Positions 33,255 to 43,900 of a DNA stretch of 64,000 nt are shown one piece after another. The DNA lies in contig JBMYOQ010000003.1 of NCBI GenBank assembly GCA_049599475.1, positions 1-64,000 on the forward strand, read 5' to 3'. Made by a program: the position numbers and the translations under genes. Origin of the DNA: Opitutales bacterium (GTDB lineage Bacteria; Verrucomicrobiota; Verrucomicrobiia; Opitutales; JABSRG01). The stretch's first letter is position 1; each line of letters begins with the position of its first letter. A model generated the notes under the pieces. The model saw nothing but the letters and a program-made list of their open reading frames with translations, had not been told where the DNA came from and searched no databases.

Positions 33255-33492
33255 CGTCTAGCGAACTATACTTGGGCTCTGGGAACACTGCTTTGAGAGC
33301 CTCTACATCTCCCAGCAGACCCACAATACGGAGAAAATTGTCGAAAGAGCCCTCGCCTTGTCGCTCAAGCTTCTTGTATGTCGACAAAGGGATGCCAGAG
33401 CGTACTGACATCTCCTCTTGCGACCACGTCTTCCGCTTTCGCGCCGCCTTTATCGCAGCGGTGAGTTGCTTCTTAACTCTCCCAGGGTGCAT
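33241..33492 (-). CDS. XRE-family HTH protein, HipB-like antitoxin
   Basis: ARKRKTWSQEEMSVRSGIPLSTYKKLE. Overlaps the hipA start. ATG at 33492 is preferred over the ORF-track start at 33528. Confidence 0.85.
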   Translation of the reverse strand: MHPGRVKKQLTAAIKAARKRKTWSQEEMSVRSGIPLSTYKKLERQGEGSFDNFLRIVGLLGDVEALKAVFPEPKYSSLDDVDA

Positions 33493-33493
33493 T

Positions 33494-33552
33494 TGGCTAA
33501 TATAATAGCTAAACCATCCATATTTCAAGATAATTAGCTAATATAATAGCTA
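33494..33552 (-). promoter_or_regulatory. Promoter with two palindromic operators of the hipBA-like operon
   Basis: T(A/G)GCTA-ATATAA-TAGCTA at 33494-33511 and 33535-33552. Minus-strand TTGAAA lies between them and a TATATT/TATTAT-like -10 lies inside the proximal operator. Confidence 0.75.
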
Positions 33553-33615
33553 TTAAAGAACAAAGGATAACCGTAAGCACCATTCCAGCTACTCGGTTTC
33601 CCGCCCGGGATAAGC

Positions 33616-36600
33616 CTATTCTACTGTGATCAACTGCTCAGGTAAGGTATCTCCAACGAAGGATTCAGATCCCTTATCGGCAGCCAGCATTCCCAGACGA
33701 ATTCGATAGGTTCCGGGGGTCTCGGGAGCCAAGAATTGCTGAGTAAAGGTGTAGGACTGCCCAGGCTCAACCGAAGTGGATACCGTGGATACCCACGCAG
33801 ACTGAGCCATCAACTGATCGGAGCCTTTCATAAGGAGCTCAAATTCACTAAACTGCAGAGACTCTCCGCTGCGATTCTGGACTGTAAGCTTGTAAGTACT
33901 GAAGGACTGCGTGTTCGGTAAATTGAAGATTTTGCGCTGCCCCCGATTCTCGAAAACGACCCCACTCTGCTGATCGATTTGAATCCAAGACTCACCATCA
34001 TTCGAGCCTTCCAGAGTCCACGCGAATGGATCTGCCTGGGTACCGCCACCGCCCAGCTCCACGAGAGATAAATCGTCAATAAACACGGAACCAATCAACT
34101 GATTCGCACGTAAGCGCAATGTAAGCGCTTCGGGGTTCTTCTGCTTCCGATCATCATCCACCACGGCAGTGTTGAAAACTCCGCGGAAGAGCGTCCACTC
34201 AGTCGGCTGACCTCCATGCTTGACCCACTGGCAAGTGCGGTCGAATACGTCGTTTGTATCCAGTACAAAAGAGCCTTGGGTATCCGGAGCATTGCGCATC
34301 CAAAAACTGAGTACGTAATCCGTATCAGGCTTCAGGCCTGGTATCGTAATTGTCGAGTTTCCGGTGTTTTTACCGTCCATGCTACGGATCACGAGGGATG
34401 CTTTTCCAGAAAACGCATCTTCGGTGGTGATACTGGCCTTGCGCAACTCCCAGCCTTCGACTCCATTTTCAAAGGAGCCTGTATCAATCATTTCAGGACC
34501 CGGACCCGCCTCAGGCGTATTCGTGATCGCATACTGATCAACAGGGAAACCGGACTCCGGGAAATGATACTTGACCCATGCAGTCGAGTTTTTCGTGAGA
34601 TATTTGGTGGATTTCTGATTATCGAATAGCTTGCTGGCATCCTCTTGAGGAATGCTATCACTGTGCTGAGAGGTCACATATGTCCCATGTTGCAAAGTCT
34701 GATCTACGACTTTTACGGCATCTCTGAGAAAAACAGGAGAATCCGCACCCCAAGCCTGGGTCCCGCTATTTGCATATTTTGCCTTTAGGGTAAACGTCTC
34801 GCCAGCTTTGACGGATTCGGGGACATCCACACTCACAAAGGTAGAATCAACAATTCCGATTTCCGGAGCGTTCTCAGTCACTTCGATTCGAAGATTCTTA
34901 GACATCTCGCCAAACCATCCTGCACCCACCATTTGCCACTGGAAATTATAAATTCCGGATTCCATAGGAGCCTGCATGACTCGACTGAAGGTAACAGTCT
35001 CGCCAGATTCTGCGATCTGCCAATCATCCAAAGGTATACGGTTACTCCCCCAGGTTCGATTGTCCTTGGTATTCTCGCTTCCCAGGGTGAAACCATTGGC
35101 CTTAGTCCAAGGCTCTGAAGTGACAGTGCTTGCGTTTTTGAAAGTGAGGCTCACCGCGAATTTAGCGCCTGGGCGTATTCCGTTGAGCTCCGGCTCTCCT
35201 TGAAGCACCTGCTCCACGAAGGTCGCATTATACGACGGCAAGGGCATGGCCTCTTCACAGTGTTCAATCGCGATGCGGTAAGGCTCGCCAAGGTGCTCAG
35301 CCAGAGTCTCCCCAAAGTATCCTTCCGACTCGTGCACCATTTTGAGATTGTAGGGAAAATCAGTCGATGTCGGTTCTTCGCGGCCAGCATAGCCAATCCG
35401 CACAGGAAACAGTTCCATATTGAACACATAACTTTCGCCAGGGTTCACCACGACGCCTTGAGGCAGATAGCTCCGCGCCAGTCCCAGAGTAATATCCTCC
35501 CCCACTGTTGAAAGTCCGATACGTTTGGGATTTTCCGGAGTATTCATCCACGCGAGGTCTCCTGTGTTTTTCACTTCGACTGCGACAGAAACACGCTCCC
35601 CCTGAGCAAGTGAATCCGGTAATTCAGAGACCGATACTATTTCTGCATTCTCGTCTAATGGCTGCCATTCAAGAGCAGCGATCACACGATCATACATGTC
35701 CTTAGCGTCCGCGTAATTACCGGTCTCCAACAATGATTCTGTATCAAAGACAGTGATTCGGTCGCGCCAACGTGCGTTGCGAAAGCCTTGCAGCTGATGC
35801 GTTTTCACACTCCCAAACTTACCGACAAACTCCTCTGTCTCCATCAAATTACGTTTAAATAAATCACCATACATCTTGTAAGCCTCATTGATGATCGTTT
35901 CGGGCTTTGGATCGACCATGAATGCGTTGGTATCACGCTCCAACTCTTCAGCAGTTGGCGCGCGTCCAAGCATTTCAAGGTAAGATGCCACCACCATATC
36001 ACGGGCTTCCTCGATCGTGTATTCGTAGTAGTGATACTTTTCACCAGTCTGAGGCGTACCATTGTGGAACAAATAGTGTTCAATTACTTTTTGGTTTGGA
36101 ACAAACTCAGACTGAATTTCGCTCCCCTCCGCGACCATAACACTCTCTGGATTGTAGATAAAGGCAGCCGCCGGATCTGGAGAGTTATCATTATCCGAGG
36201 TACCACGCCCTACTCCCGAATGCGTCGCGATAGAGCGATTTCCGTAGAAATTGATATTCTTCACATAATCCATCACGAAGCCATAGCCAAAGGAATCGCC
36301 CTCGAGAATATTGTTGCGGATAACGCCTCCTCCAAAATCAAAGACCGCAGGGCCCGCACGCTTCCATATACGATTCCCCATAGGCATCCCTATTTGGATC
36401 CGACAGCCCGAAGCGATGATACGGTTATCCTCGATAATATTGTTCCGGTAGTCATACAACTTCAGCTCTTTCCCAAACGTCGTATCTGTCCCGATATAAC
36501 GGTGCGCGGAATCATCCACAAAATTGAGCCCACCGTGATTGTCGCGGGAAAAATTCAGAATCAGATTATCATGCACATGGGATCCTGGGGCACCGAATAA

Positions 36601-38448
36601 CACCATGCCGACATCTGTGCAGTCCATGATGAAGTTGTGTCGCGCGATCACCTTTGTCGCACTGATGCTAAATCCATCAGACCACCCTACTTTTGTCGAT
36701 GCGGAGATTCCGACTCCATTTTGATCGACGTACTTTCCGCTACCACGCGGATCATCACCAGCACCAAGCACATAATTGTGTTCCACGATATGGCTATGCG
36801 AGCCGCCCGATTCCACGAGATGGCACGTCGACCAGGTACGGGCATTAAACAAGATATTTCGTTTCACCCACACGCCTTCGCAATGAGAGAAAAAGACCAT
36901 GGCTCCCTGAGCTTCACCCGGCTGCACACTCTTCTGCCCTAGGACGTACTTATTGCCGTTGACCATGACGCTATCCAGGTGGATATAGCTCTGCTTATTA
37001 CCGTTGATCAAGGTATCGTAATCGCCCTGATCGATATTTTGACGGATCATTGCATAGTCTCCAAAAAACAGAGCATCCATCGTAGCGATACGTTGATAAG
37101 TCGCCTTGTAATTCAGGGTTCGACTCGTATCGTAGATTTCCCCCTTTTCCAGAAGGAGGTCGTTTCCACTATCCAAAACGCTTTGTAAATCAGTCCCCAC
37201 AGGCACCGCGCCATCGATGCGCGCATAACGCGTAAAGCGATCCCCCATCACTGGCTCATGCAGACTCTGTGCAGAAAAGTAAAACGGCTCCTCTTTCGAC
37301 GCGAGGGGTTTCGCTTTAGTCCCCAAGAGACCCGAGCTTATTAGCTCATGATGGCGCATTGCGCCGTCACCCCAGGTTACCAAAATATCCGTTTTCCCAT
37401 TACCACTAAAATCACCAACAGTATAAACATTCTGATCGCGATGCTTGATGCCTTTTCTCAGGATGGTCTTTCGCTTCAATCCGCTACCGGCAGAAAGCAT
37501 TTGTTCAAAATAGACCCTCCCGGAGTCGTCCCACATCCGCGCAATATCGACTCGAGAGTCACCATCAAAATCCCCTGTGAACCAGCGGTGATCTCTTACA
37601 AACGGAAATGCTTGCGAGAGCCAAGATTTGCGCTCAAGCCCTCCATCAGTCAGAACGAAGATATCAAAGCTTACAGCATCACTATCATTCCATAGTGCTG
37701 CGAGTTCCGCACGGCCATCGCCATCAAAATCCTCGGCGAGCCACTTCATAGATAAGATTCGCGCTTCATCTGAAGCATATACAGGTACATTCGCGTCCGA
37801 AGTGATGAGGTCCACGGAGATGGTAGGCCCTGCATTCACGACTACGAAATCGTCCCCAGGCTCGGTATCGAACCCACCTGTTAACCAGACATCATCAGCA
37901 TTAAATTCCCCCTGCTGATCCATCCACTTCTTCGGAGCAGAAAAAGACTGCCCTTCCGAGTAATATACGAAGACCGACCGTTTTCCCTCTTCACTAAAAA
38001 CGCGGGCAATATCTGTCTTAGCATCTCCATTAAAATCACCTTTAAACCACTGAGATGCGTATGAAAAATCTCCCAATTGTTTCGCCCATGTAGATTGCTC
38101 GATCTCACCTGCACGATTCAATGAAAAGACATCGATCGTAGCCCGTCCAGCATCGTCCCGGAGAACCGCGGCATCCGATTGCCCATCCCCGTTAAAGTCT
38201 CCGTATAACCATCGTTGAGACTGGCGATAGCTCATGGCTTCGCTTGAATACTCGATGTCTTCGAATTTCGCTTTGTCGGAGAGATGCCAAGACATCTCCA
38301 GAGCACCTGCTTGTTCCCATACATAAGCGACATCAGCTTTGCCGTCGCCGTCGAAATCGGGAGCTCCGTAGGTCTGCGCCCATGTATTCGCGATGCCTAA
38401 TGAAGCCACGAGCGGGAGGGTAATTGATTGAATGGATGGAGTTTTCAT
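33616..38448 (-). CDS. Secreted multidomain protein: FG-GAP/VCBS propeller + right-handed beta-helix + NBR1-Ig-like repeats + discoidin/CBM32-like + CBM4-like
   Basis: Repeated GDFNGDGxxD. Beta-helix with DCTDVGMVLFGAPGS. VKNTGDLAW / FKNAST..W / YANSGTQAW Ig repeats. WTLEGSNDG. Start MKTPSIQ at 38448 gives a signal peptide. Confidence 0.8.
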   Translation of the reverse strand: MKTPSIQSITLPLVASLGIANTWAQTYGAPDFDGDGKADVAYVWEQAGALEMSWHLSDKAKFEDIEYSSEAMSYRQSQRWLYGDFNGDGQSDAAVLRDDAGRATIDVFSLNRAGEIEQSTWAKQLGDFSYASQWFKGDFNGDAKTDIARVFSEEGKRSVFVYYSEGQSFSAPKKWMDQQGEFNADDVWLTGGFDTEPGDDFVVVNAGPTISVDLITSDANVPVYASDEARILSMKWLAEDFDGDGRAELAALWNDSDAVSFDIFVLTDGGLERKSWLSQAFPFVRDHRWFTGDFDGDSRVDIARMWDDSGRVYFEQMLSAGSGLKRKTILRKGIKHRDQNVYTVGDFSGNGKTDILVTWGDGAMRHHELISSGLLGTKAKPLASKEEPFYFSAQSLHEPVMGDRFTRYARIDGAVPVGTDLQSVLDSGNDLLLEKGEIYDTSRTLNYKATYQRIATMDALFFGDYAMIRQNIDQGDYDTLINGNKQSYIHLDSVMVNGNKYVLGQKSVQPGEAQGAMVFFSHCEGVWVKRNILFNARTWSTCHLVESGGSHSHIVEHNYVLGAGDDPRGSGKYVDQNGVGISASTKVGWSDGFSISATKVIARHNFIMDCTDVGMVLFGAPGSHVHDNLILNFSRDNHGGLNFVDDSAHRYIGTDTTFGKELKLYDYRNNIIEDNRIIASGCRIQIGMPMGNRIWKRAGPAVFDFGGGVIRNNILEGDSFGYGFVMDYVKNINFYGNRSIATHSGVGRGTSDNDNSPDPAAAFIYNPESVMVAEGSEIQSEFVPNQKVIEHYLFHNGTPQTGEKYHYYEYTIEEARDMVVASYLEMLGRAPTAEELERDTNAFMVDPKPETIINEAYKMYGDLFKRNLMETEEFVGKFGSVKTHQLQGFRNARWRDRITVFDTESLLETGNYADAKDMYDRVIAALEWQPLDENAEIVSVSELPDSLAQGERVSVAVEVKNTGDLAWMNTPENPKRIGLSTVGEDITLGLARSYLPQGVVVNPGESYVFNMELFPVRIGYAGREEPTSTDFPYNLKMVHESEGYFGETLAEHLGEPYRIAIEHCEEAMPLPSYNATFVEQVLQGEPELNGIRPGAKFAVSLTFKNASTVTSEPWTKANGFTLGSENTKDNRTWGSNRIPLDDWQIAESGETVTFSRVMQAPMESGIYNFQWQMVGAGWFGEMSKNLRIEVTENAPEIGIVDSTFVSVDVPESVKAGETFTLKAKYANSGTQAWGADSPVFLRDAVKVVDQTLQHGTYVTSQHSDSIPQEDASKLFDNQKSTKYLTKNSTAWVKYHFPESGFPVDQYAITNTPEAGPGPEMIDTGSFENGVEGWELRKASITTEDAFSGKASLVIRSMDGKNTGNSTITIPGLKPDTDYVLSFWMRNAPDTQGSFVLDTNDVFDRTCQWVKHGGQPTEWTLFRGVFNTAVVDDDRKQKNPEALTLRLRANQLIGSVFIDDLSLVELGGGGTQADPFAWTLEGSNDGESWIQIDQQSGVVFENRGQRKIFNLPNTQSFSTYKLTVQNRSGESLQFSEFELLMKGSDQLMAQSAWVSTVSTSVEPGQSYTFTQQFLAPETPGTYRIRLGMLAADKGSESFVGDTLPEQLITVE

Positions 38449-38549
38449 GAGATTAAAGAGATGTGTCTGTCGATTTGCATAAGTAACGCGGCTCACCGAG
38501 AGGGTTCGCCCTAAGTATAATCGAAGAGGAAGTTACATATTCGAAAGCC

Positions 38550-39629
38550 TTACGGTTTGGGTGGGAATGCCAGGACAAGCTCCATTCCATTATTGCTTTC
38601 TAAACAAAGCTCTCCAGCTTTAGCAGGAACAAAGAAACGTTCGCCCTCAGAGACAGAGAGACAGGTGCTTTCATACATGATAGTTCCCGACCCTGAAGTA
38701 ACAATTCCGATACAGAAGGATTCGAATGTGCGCTTAAATGTCCCTTGAACCTTCAAGCGATTCACACGAAAACAGCTTGTTTTACGTTCATCGATCAGGA
38801 TCGATTCGACGCTCTCCCCCTGCTGATCTAGAACTTCCGGTTCACAGAAAAAGCGCTCCTTTAGTTGATCGACCGTCACTGGATTATAGTCAAACATTGT
38901 GAGCGCAAAATCCACACCGCGATCCATAAAACGAGCTGACTCCGGAAGCACATAGCCACCACGCTCAAATTCGATCCTTACCACGAGGTCGGAAGGCTCC
39001 ATGATCTCTATCATAAACACCCCCTCACCTATCGCGTGTGGCATACCACCGGGCACCAGGAACACATCTCCAACCTGAACAGGCACCTTATCGAAACACG
39101 CCAGCATCGACTCTATATCTTGCTCTTCGATGATGCGCTTAAACTCGCCTTTCTCAGGAGGCCGTTGGAAGCCCATGTAAATGTAGGGATCTACCACTTC
39201 ATCGCGGAAACCGAGTATCACATAGGCTTCGGTTTTACCGTGATTACTATTCAAATACTTCTTGGCGAAGGGTATCGTGGGATGACACTGGATGTGCAGA
39301 CGTATAGCAGAATCTAAAAATTTCACGAGATAACCCGTGGAATTTCCATACTTTGCGACATGCTCAGCTCCCAGTATTGCATCGGGATGGCTTTCGCAGA
39401 GAGTTTTAAGAAAAGTAGTCTCTCCCTCGATACTCACAGACGCAAGGCCCTCATCCTTTAACGCCTCGCGCCCAATATTCTTGGCCTGCGTCGTAGACCC
39501 AATCCAATCCTCCGGAAAGTGAGCATCTTCGGGCACAGCCTTTCCCTCCATGGCATCCAAAGTTTTACCTCCAGAATAGGTCCGCCAAACTCTATTTGGC
39601 GGCAGCTTAATGACATCAGGAATATTCAT
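38550..39629 (-). CDS. manA: Type I mannose-6-phosphate isomerase (cupin)
   Basis: PEDW, LVKFLDSAIRLHIQCHP, GKTEAY, VPGGMPHAIG, EIMEPSD. Start MNIPDV at 39629. Confidence 0.8.
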   Translation of the reverse strand: MNIPDVIKLPPNRVWRTYSGGKTLDAMEGKAVPEDAHFPEDWIGSTTQAKNIGREALKDEGLASVSIEGETTFLKTLCESHPDAILGAEHVAKYGNSTGYLVKFLDSAIRLHIQCHPTIPFAKKYLNSNHGKTEAYVILGFRDEVVDPYIYMGFQRPPEKGEFKRIIEEQDIESMLACFDKVPVQVGDVFLVPGGMPHAIGEGVFMIEIMEPSDLVVRIEFERGGYVLPESARFMDRGVDFALTMFDYNPVTVDQLKERFFCEPEVLDQQGESVESILIDERKTSCFRVNRLKVQGTFKRTFESFCIGIVTSGSGTIMYESTCLSVSEGERFFVPAKAGELCLESNNGMELVLAFPPKP

Positions 39630-39630
39630 T

Positions 39631-40899
39631 TTACAATTGTCCAAGAAGTTTAAAGAGCCCTTGAAGCCCCATCCAGGTGGTGACACAGGAAAACAGGAGA
39701 ATCGCGACCAGGATAACATTCGTCCTCATATTGTTTTTATGCTCCCCCATGATACTCTCACGATTCGCCACATAGAGAATACACAGCACGGTAGCGGGCA
39801 GCAGAAATGAGTTGAACGCCTGTGAGATAATCATCACCAAGACCGGGCGCGCGTCAAAGATCGGCACAACAAGGCCGAGCAGCGAAATTAGCAATACAAC
39901 CACTCGGTATTGAAGGAGTGTCATATCTCGCTTCGAATCCCGGTAATCACAGATAAGCCACGGGAGGAGCAAAACATTTGGAAACTGTGAAGAAACACCG
40001 GCAGAAATAATCCCGATAGCGAAAATCGCGGTCGCTAAACTACCTGCGACTGGTTCTAACAAAGAAATCATCTGAGATGCCTTTTCTAAGCCGATGCCAC
40101 TGGCATAGAGCGTTCCTGCGGCAGCTGCCATAATAGCACCACTAATAAGAAACATCAGGCTCGCCGAAACTGCTGCGTCCAAGCGTTGCTGCTTGAGGTC
40201 CTTGAGCGTCCAGCCAGCTTCTTTTACCAAAGTTGTCCGGATAATGAAGAGCCCTGGAAACACGGTCGTACCCACCATGGAGGCGATCACCAGAAAAGCG
40301 CTTTGCCCCGAAGCTTCATCCACATTAGGCACGTTTGGAATCAGTCCTTGGATAATCGATACAGGCGAAGGCATCATAATGAAGAAATTCACCAAAAAGC
40401 ACAGCGCCATGACCGCTACTATGACGGCTAGCACGCGCTCAAAGATCTTGGTCTTACCGTTCCAAAAAATGAAATATACGAGCGCCACGAAAAAGCCCGC
40501 AAAGTATATGGGCTTAATACCCCCATCGACCATTGTCTTCGACCACTCGTAGCATATATCGGCGACGATCCCCATGACGCCCATAACACTCCCGCATACA
40601 CCAAAACCTAGACCGACGACAAAAAAGAGACCGACGACTGGGTGGATGTGTTTTCGGAAAGCGGCCAAGGCAGTCTCACCTGTGACCAATGTAAACTTCC
40701 CGTAGAGCCCAATCAAAAAATAGGTGGTCAGACAGGACGCTAAAATTGTCCACAATAGAGACATTCCATAAGTTGCTCCGGCCTTTGCCATGGCGGTCAC
40801 ACTGCCCGTCCCTATATTGAATCCGAGCAAGAATATTCCCGGGAGAAAGATGGCGATCATTTTTCCAATGCGTTCGCCGATTGTAGGAGTATCAGACAT
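39631..40899 (-). CDS. NRAMP-related (LeuT-fold) transporter
   Basis: About 11 TM helices, PGIFLLGFNIGTGSVT..AGATYG.SLLW, VGTT, MGEHKN. Confidence 0.8.
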   Translation of the reverse strand: MSDTPTIGERIGKMIAIFLPGIFLLGFNIGTGSVTAMAKAGATYGMSLLWTILASCLTTYFLIGLYGKFTLVTGETALAAFRKHIHPVVGLFFVVGLGFGVCGSVMGVMGIVADICYEWSKTMVDGGIKPIYFAGFFVALVYFIFWNGKTKIFERVLAVIVAVMALCFLVNFFIMMPSPVSIIQGLIPNVPNVDEASGQSAFLVIASMVGTTVFPGLFIIRTTLVKEAGWTLKDLKQQRLDAAVSASLMFLISGAIMAAAAGTLYASGIGLEKASQMISLLEPVAGSLATAIFAIGIISAGVSSQFPNVLLLPWLICDYRDSKRDMTLLQYRVVVLLISLLGLVVPIFDARPVLVMIISQAFNSFLLPATVLCILYVANRESIMGEHKNNMRTNVILVAILLFSCVTTWMGLQGLFKLLGQL

Positions 40900-40901
40900 A
40901 G

Positions 40902-43900
40902 CTATTTTTCGTTGAGATTAAGGGATAAATTTCGGTAAGAAATGGACTGCTCGGGATAATCGAACCCCTGCCTAAATTGCTCGTCACGATGCAAGTCTTC
41001 GTAAGGGGAATGGAGCCGATTCGCCTTCCCCTCATCGCCCACACTGATGGCGATAATCCGCACAAAGGGGCTGTTTGGCAGGGTCAAGGTGTTCACTCCT
41101 TCAGGAATTTCGAGCCGATAGGAAAAGAGATATCCATATTCGTAATACAAATCTTCGCGCCAAGAATGCCTATGGGATGCGTACCAAGCGACACGATCCG
41201 TTTTCGCAAAAGCAGGAGCGATACGCCTCAGGTCATTCCGCAATGAATACGAGATATCCGACACCTCTCCAACAAACTCGCGATTATCCCATTGTCCCAG
41301 ATAGCCAAACCACCCGCTCACAGTCACAGGAAGCTCAAATTCACCTGCTTTAAAGACCACCGGAGTATTCACATCTGCAGCGGCCAACAGATGAATCACT
41401 TGAGACCCTTTAGGTAGGTGGATGTTTTGCCCGCGACTCGCAATCGCGTTGTATCCGCCAGGCTCGGTATTTCCGATTTCGAACTCCACATTCCCAAGCC
41501 GGACAAGATCTCCGATCATTTCTGATGGGTAAGTATTTCCTTTTCCATCAAAACTCCCAGAACTGCCTGCGACGGCTTCCTTACGCCCACGCACCCGCTC
41601 ACGAGGCCAGTATCCATCTTCGCGGAAATCATTCGTCGAGAATACATCCGTATCATAGGAAAGTGCTACCGGGCGGGTTCGAGGTTTTGTAGATTCTGCC
41701 GACTCGATCTTGAGAGAAACGGTTTTGAGCTCGAAAGGACTAAAATCAAGGGAGATCGCATCCCCGGCCACGGGAACGTCTATACCCAGCGGGCGCTCCA
41801 ATCCATCGACTTCTGTCGCTTCACTTAGGGGCAGACTTGATTTAAATTTGTAATCATCCAGTGACTCACCGTGTAATTCCTGGAGACGTACGATAATTCG
41901 ATCCGAGTTCTCGGCTTTCTTGATAGCTTGGACTCGTATCTGGTCATGACTTGATTCAAACAGAGAAAATTCGGTACGGTCGGCGAACGCATACCGGGGC
42001 ACACCGAAAACCGACGGGCGTTGTTCGAATTCGATAGCCTGTTCTTGAATTCCCCCATCTCGCCAATCGCCATCATGTGAAATCAATGCGTACTTGAATT
42101 CGTGACGCCCCCAGTCTTGCCAACGCATTTCCCGAGTCCGGCCTCGATCCAGGATCTCGTCTTCCCAATCTTCGGTATCAGGAGAATGCAGGAGGGTGAG
42201 CCGGAGCGTATTCCCATCTGGTTTATCACTGCCATACTTATGTCCTGTCAGAATACTGACACCATGATCTCTCGACTCATCTGTAAGATCTACCCAATAC
42301 TGCTGAGGCACTTCAAACATTCGCTCGTGCGCGTTGCCGCGTTGCATATTTCCAATTCCCGCATGGTAAGTGGCCTTCGAGGAAGAGGCCTTAAAATGGA
42401 AGGCCGCCTTTAATAGCGCTCCTCGACTTTTCCAATCAATGCGATTGTCCACTTCGACGCGCGCAGACTCAGGGCCTGAATAGAGACGTATCCGTTGCGC
42501 AATCAGAGAGTTCTCCACCTCACGAACCACCTCGATGGCAACACGCACCGGCCCCTCCTCGACCACGCGCATTGATATCGGGCTCGAAGCGACGCTGCGT
42601 GCCGGTTCTTTGAGATCTTTCCAATCTATATGCCATGCAGGTTTACGGTGCGGGAAATTGGCTATAAACTCGAGTTGAGCGGGCTTCTCGAGAATTTCCC
42701 GGCTGGAGAACTTATCGTATATACTCGAAATATCCCCATGAGCATCCATGACGACACGGTAGCGCTCGTTCTCAAGGGAGTCTTTGGAAACTCGAAGTGT
42801 GCTCTCGAAGCGGCTCCCCCCCTCACGCAGGGAAAATACCGCAGCGCCGACCGATGGCAGCTCTGCTTGAAAGAGGAGTCGGGGTTTACCATCCCAGCCC
42901 TGGCTCAATTGAGTTGGGAGCTTTTGACCGTCCGCTGAGTATACGGTAATGGCTTCGACTCCGGAAAATTCGTCGGGGAGCAAAGACTCTATTGTGAAAA
43001 CACCCTCGCGTGCCCGCGGATTGAATACAAGAAGCGGAAGCCCAGGCACATCGGTATCCAAAAGTGGAGCCAAAGCACCTATGGCATCCGAATATACACC
43101 ATCGATCTGGTTAAGCGCTAGAATGCCGTCATTCCATGCCTGCGAATGCGCCTTCGGTATGCTGGTTCCTGAAAGAATGTCATGAAACTGGTTGCGAAGA
43201 AGGAGGCCCCAGGCTTGATCCAAGGCCTGCTCAGGATATGCCATTCCCACCAACAATTTGGCGGAGACCGCGGCCCGCTCTGCAGCATCCACCAGAAGTT
43301 CGCTATCCCGGTTAAGCTTCTTTGTGTATGATTGAGACGTGAGCGTACCGGTGGAGTGTTCTGTAAGGAGAAGATCACTACTCCAGGTAGGGAATCCCGC
43401 AGCCTCTCGATCACTGATTGCTTCGAACATCAGATTAGACGGGCCAACCACCACATTGATATCCCCCTCTTCGACCAACGACCGCTCGAGGCTCTCTAGC
43501 GTCACTTTCTGAACGGTGCCGCCACGATCCGCGTTATTTCGATCGCCTCCACCTGCATAGAAATAATCGATAGGTAAGCCGGAGCTGCGCTCGTTTGCAC
43601 GTAGCCGACGGAGTGTTTCCTTATGATTGTGGTAGGGTTCATCGTGCGACTCTGCGTAATCACCGGCATTCAACGCGGCGATCACCCAATTTCCATCTGG
43701 GCCAATCCAGCGACCGATGTTAAACGGGATGCCATTCGCAGATTTCCACGTCAGTTTCTGCGTTGAAAATCCACGTATACCCGCATGGCTCAATACTGAG
43801 GGCAAAGAAACAGGAAAGCCGAAGCAATCTGGCAGTAAAAATTCGCGACTCTCGAGACCAAACATTTCCGAAAAATACTCTCGCCCGTGTAGGAGTTGTC

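Noticed and set aside
30962..33606. 11-bp gtttcccgccc repeat as target-site duplication around DUF1080-hipBA
   Set aside because: Too short to separate from chance, and no recombinase is nearby.
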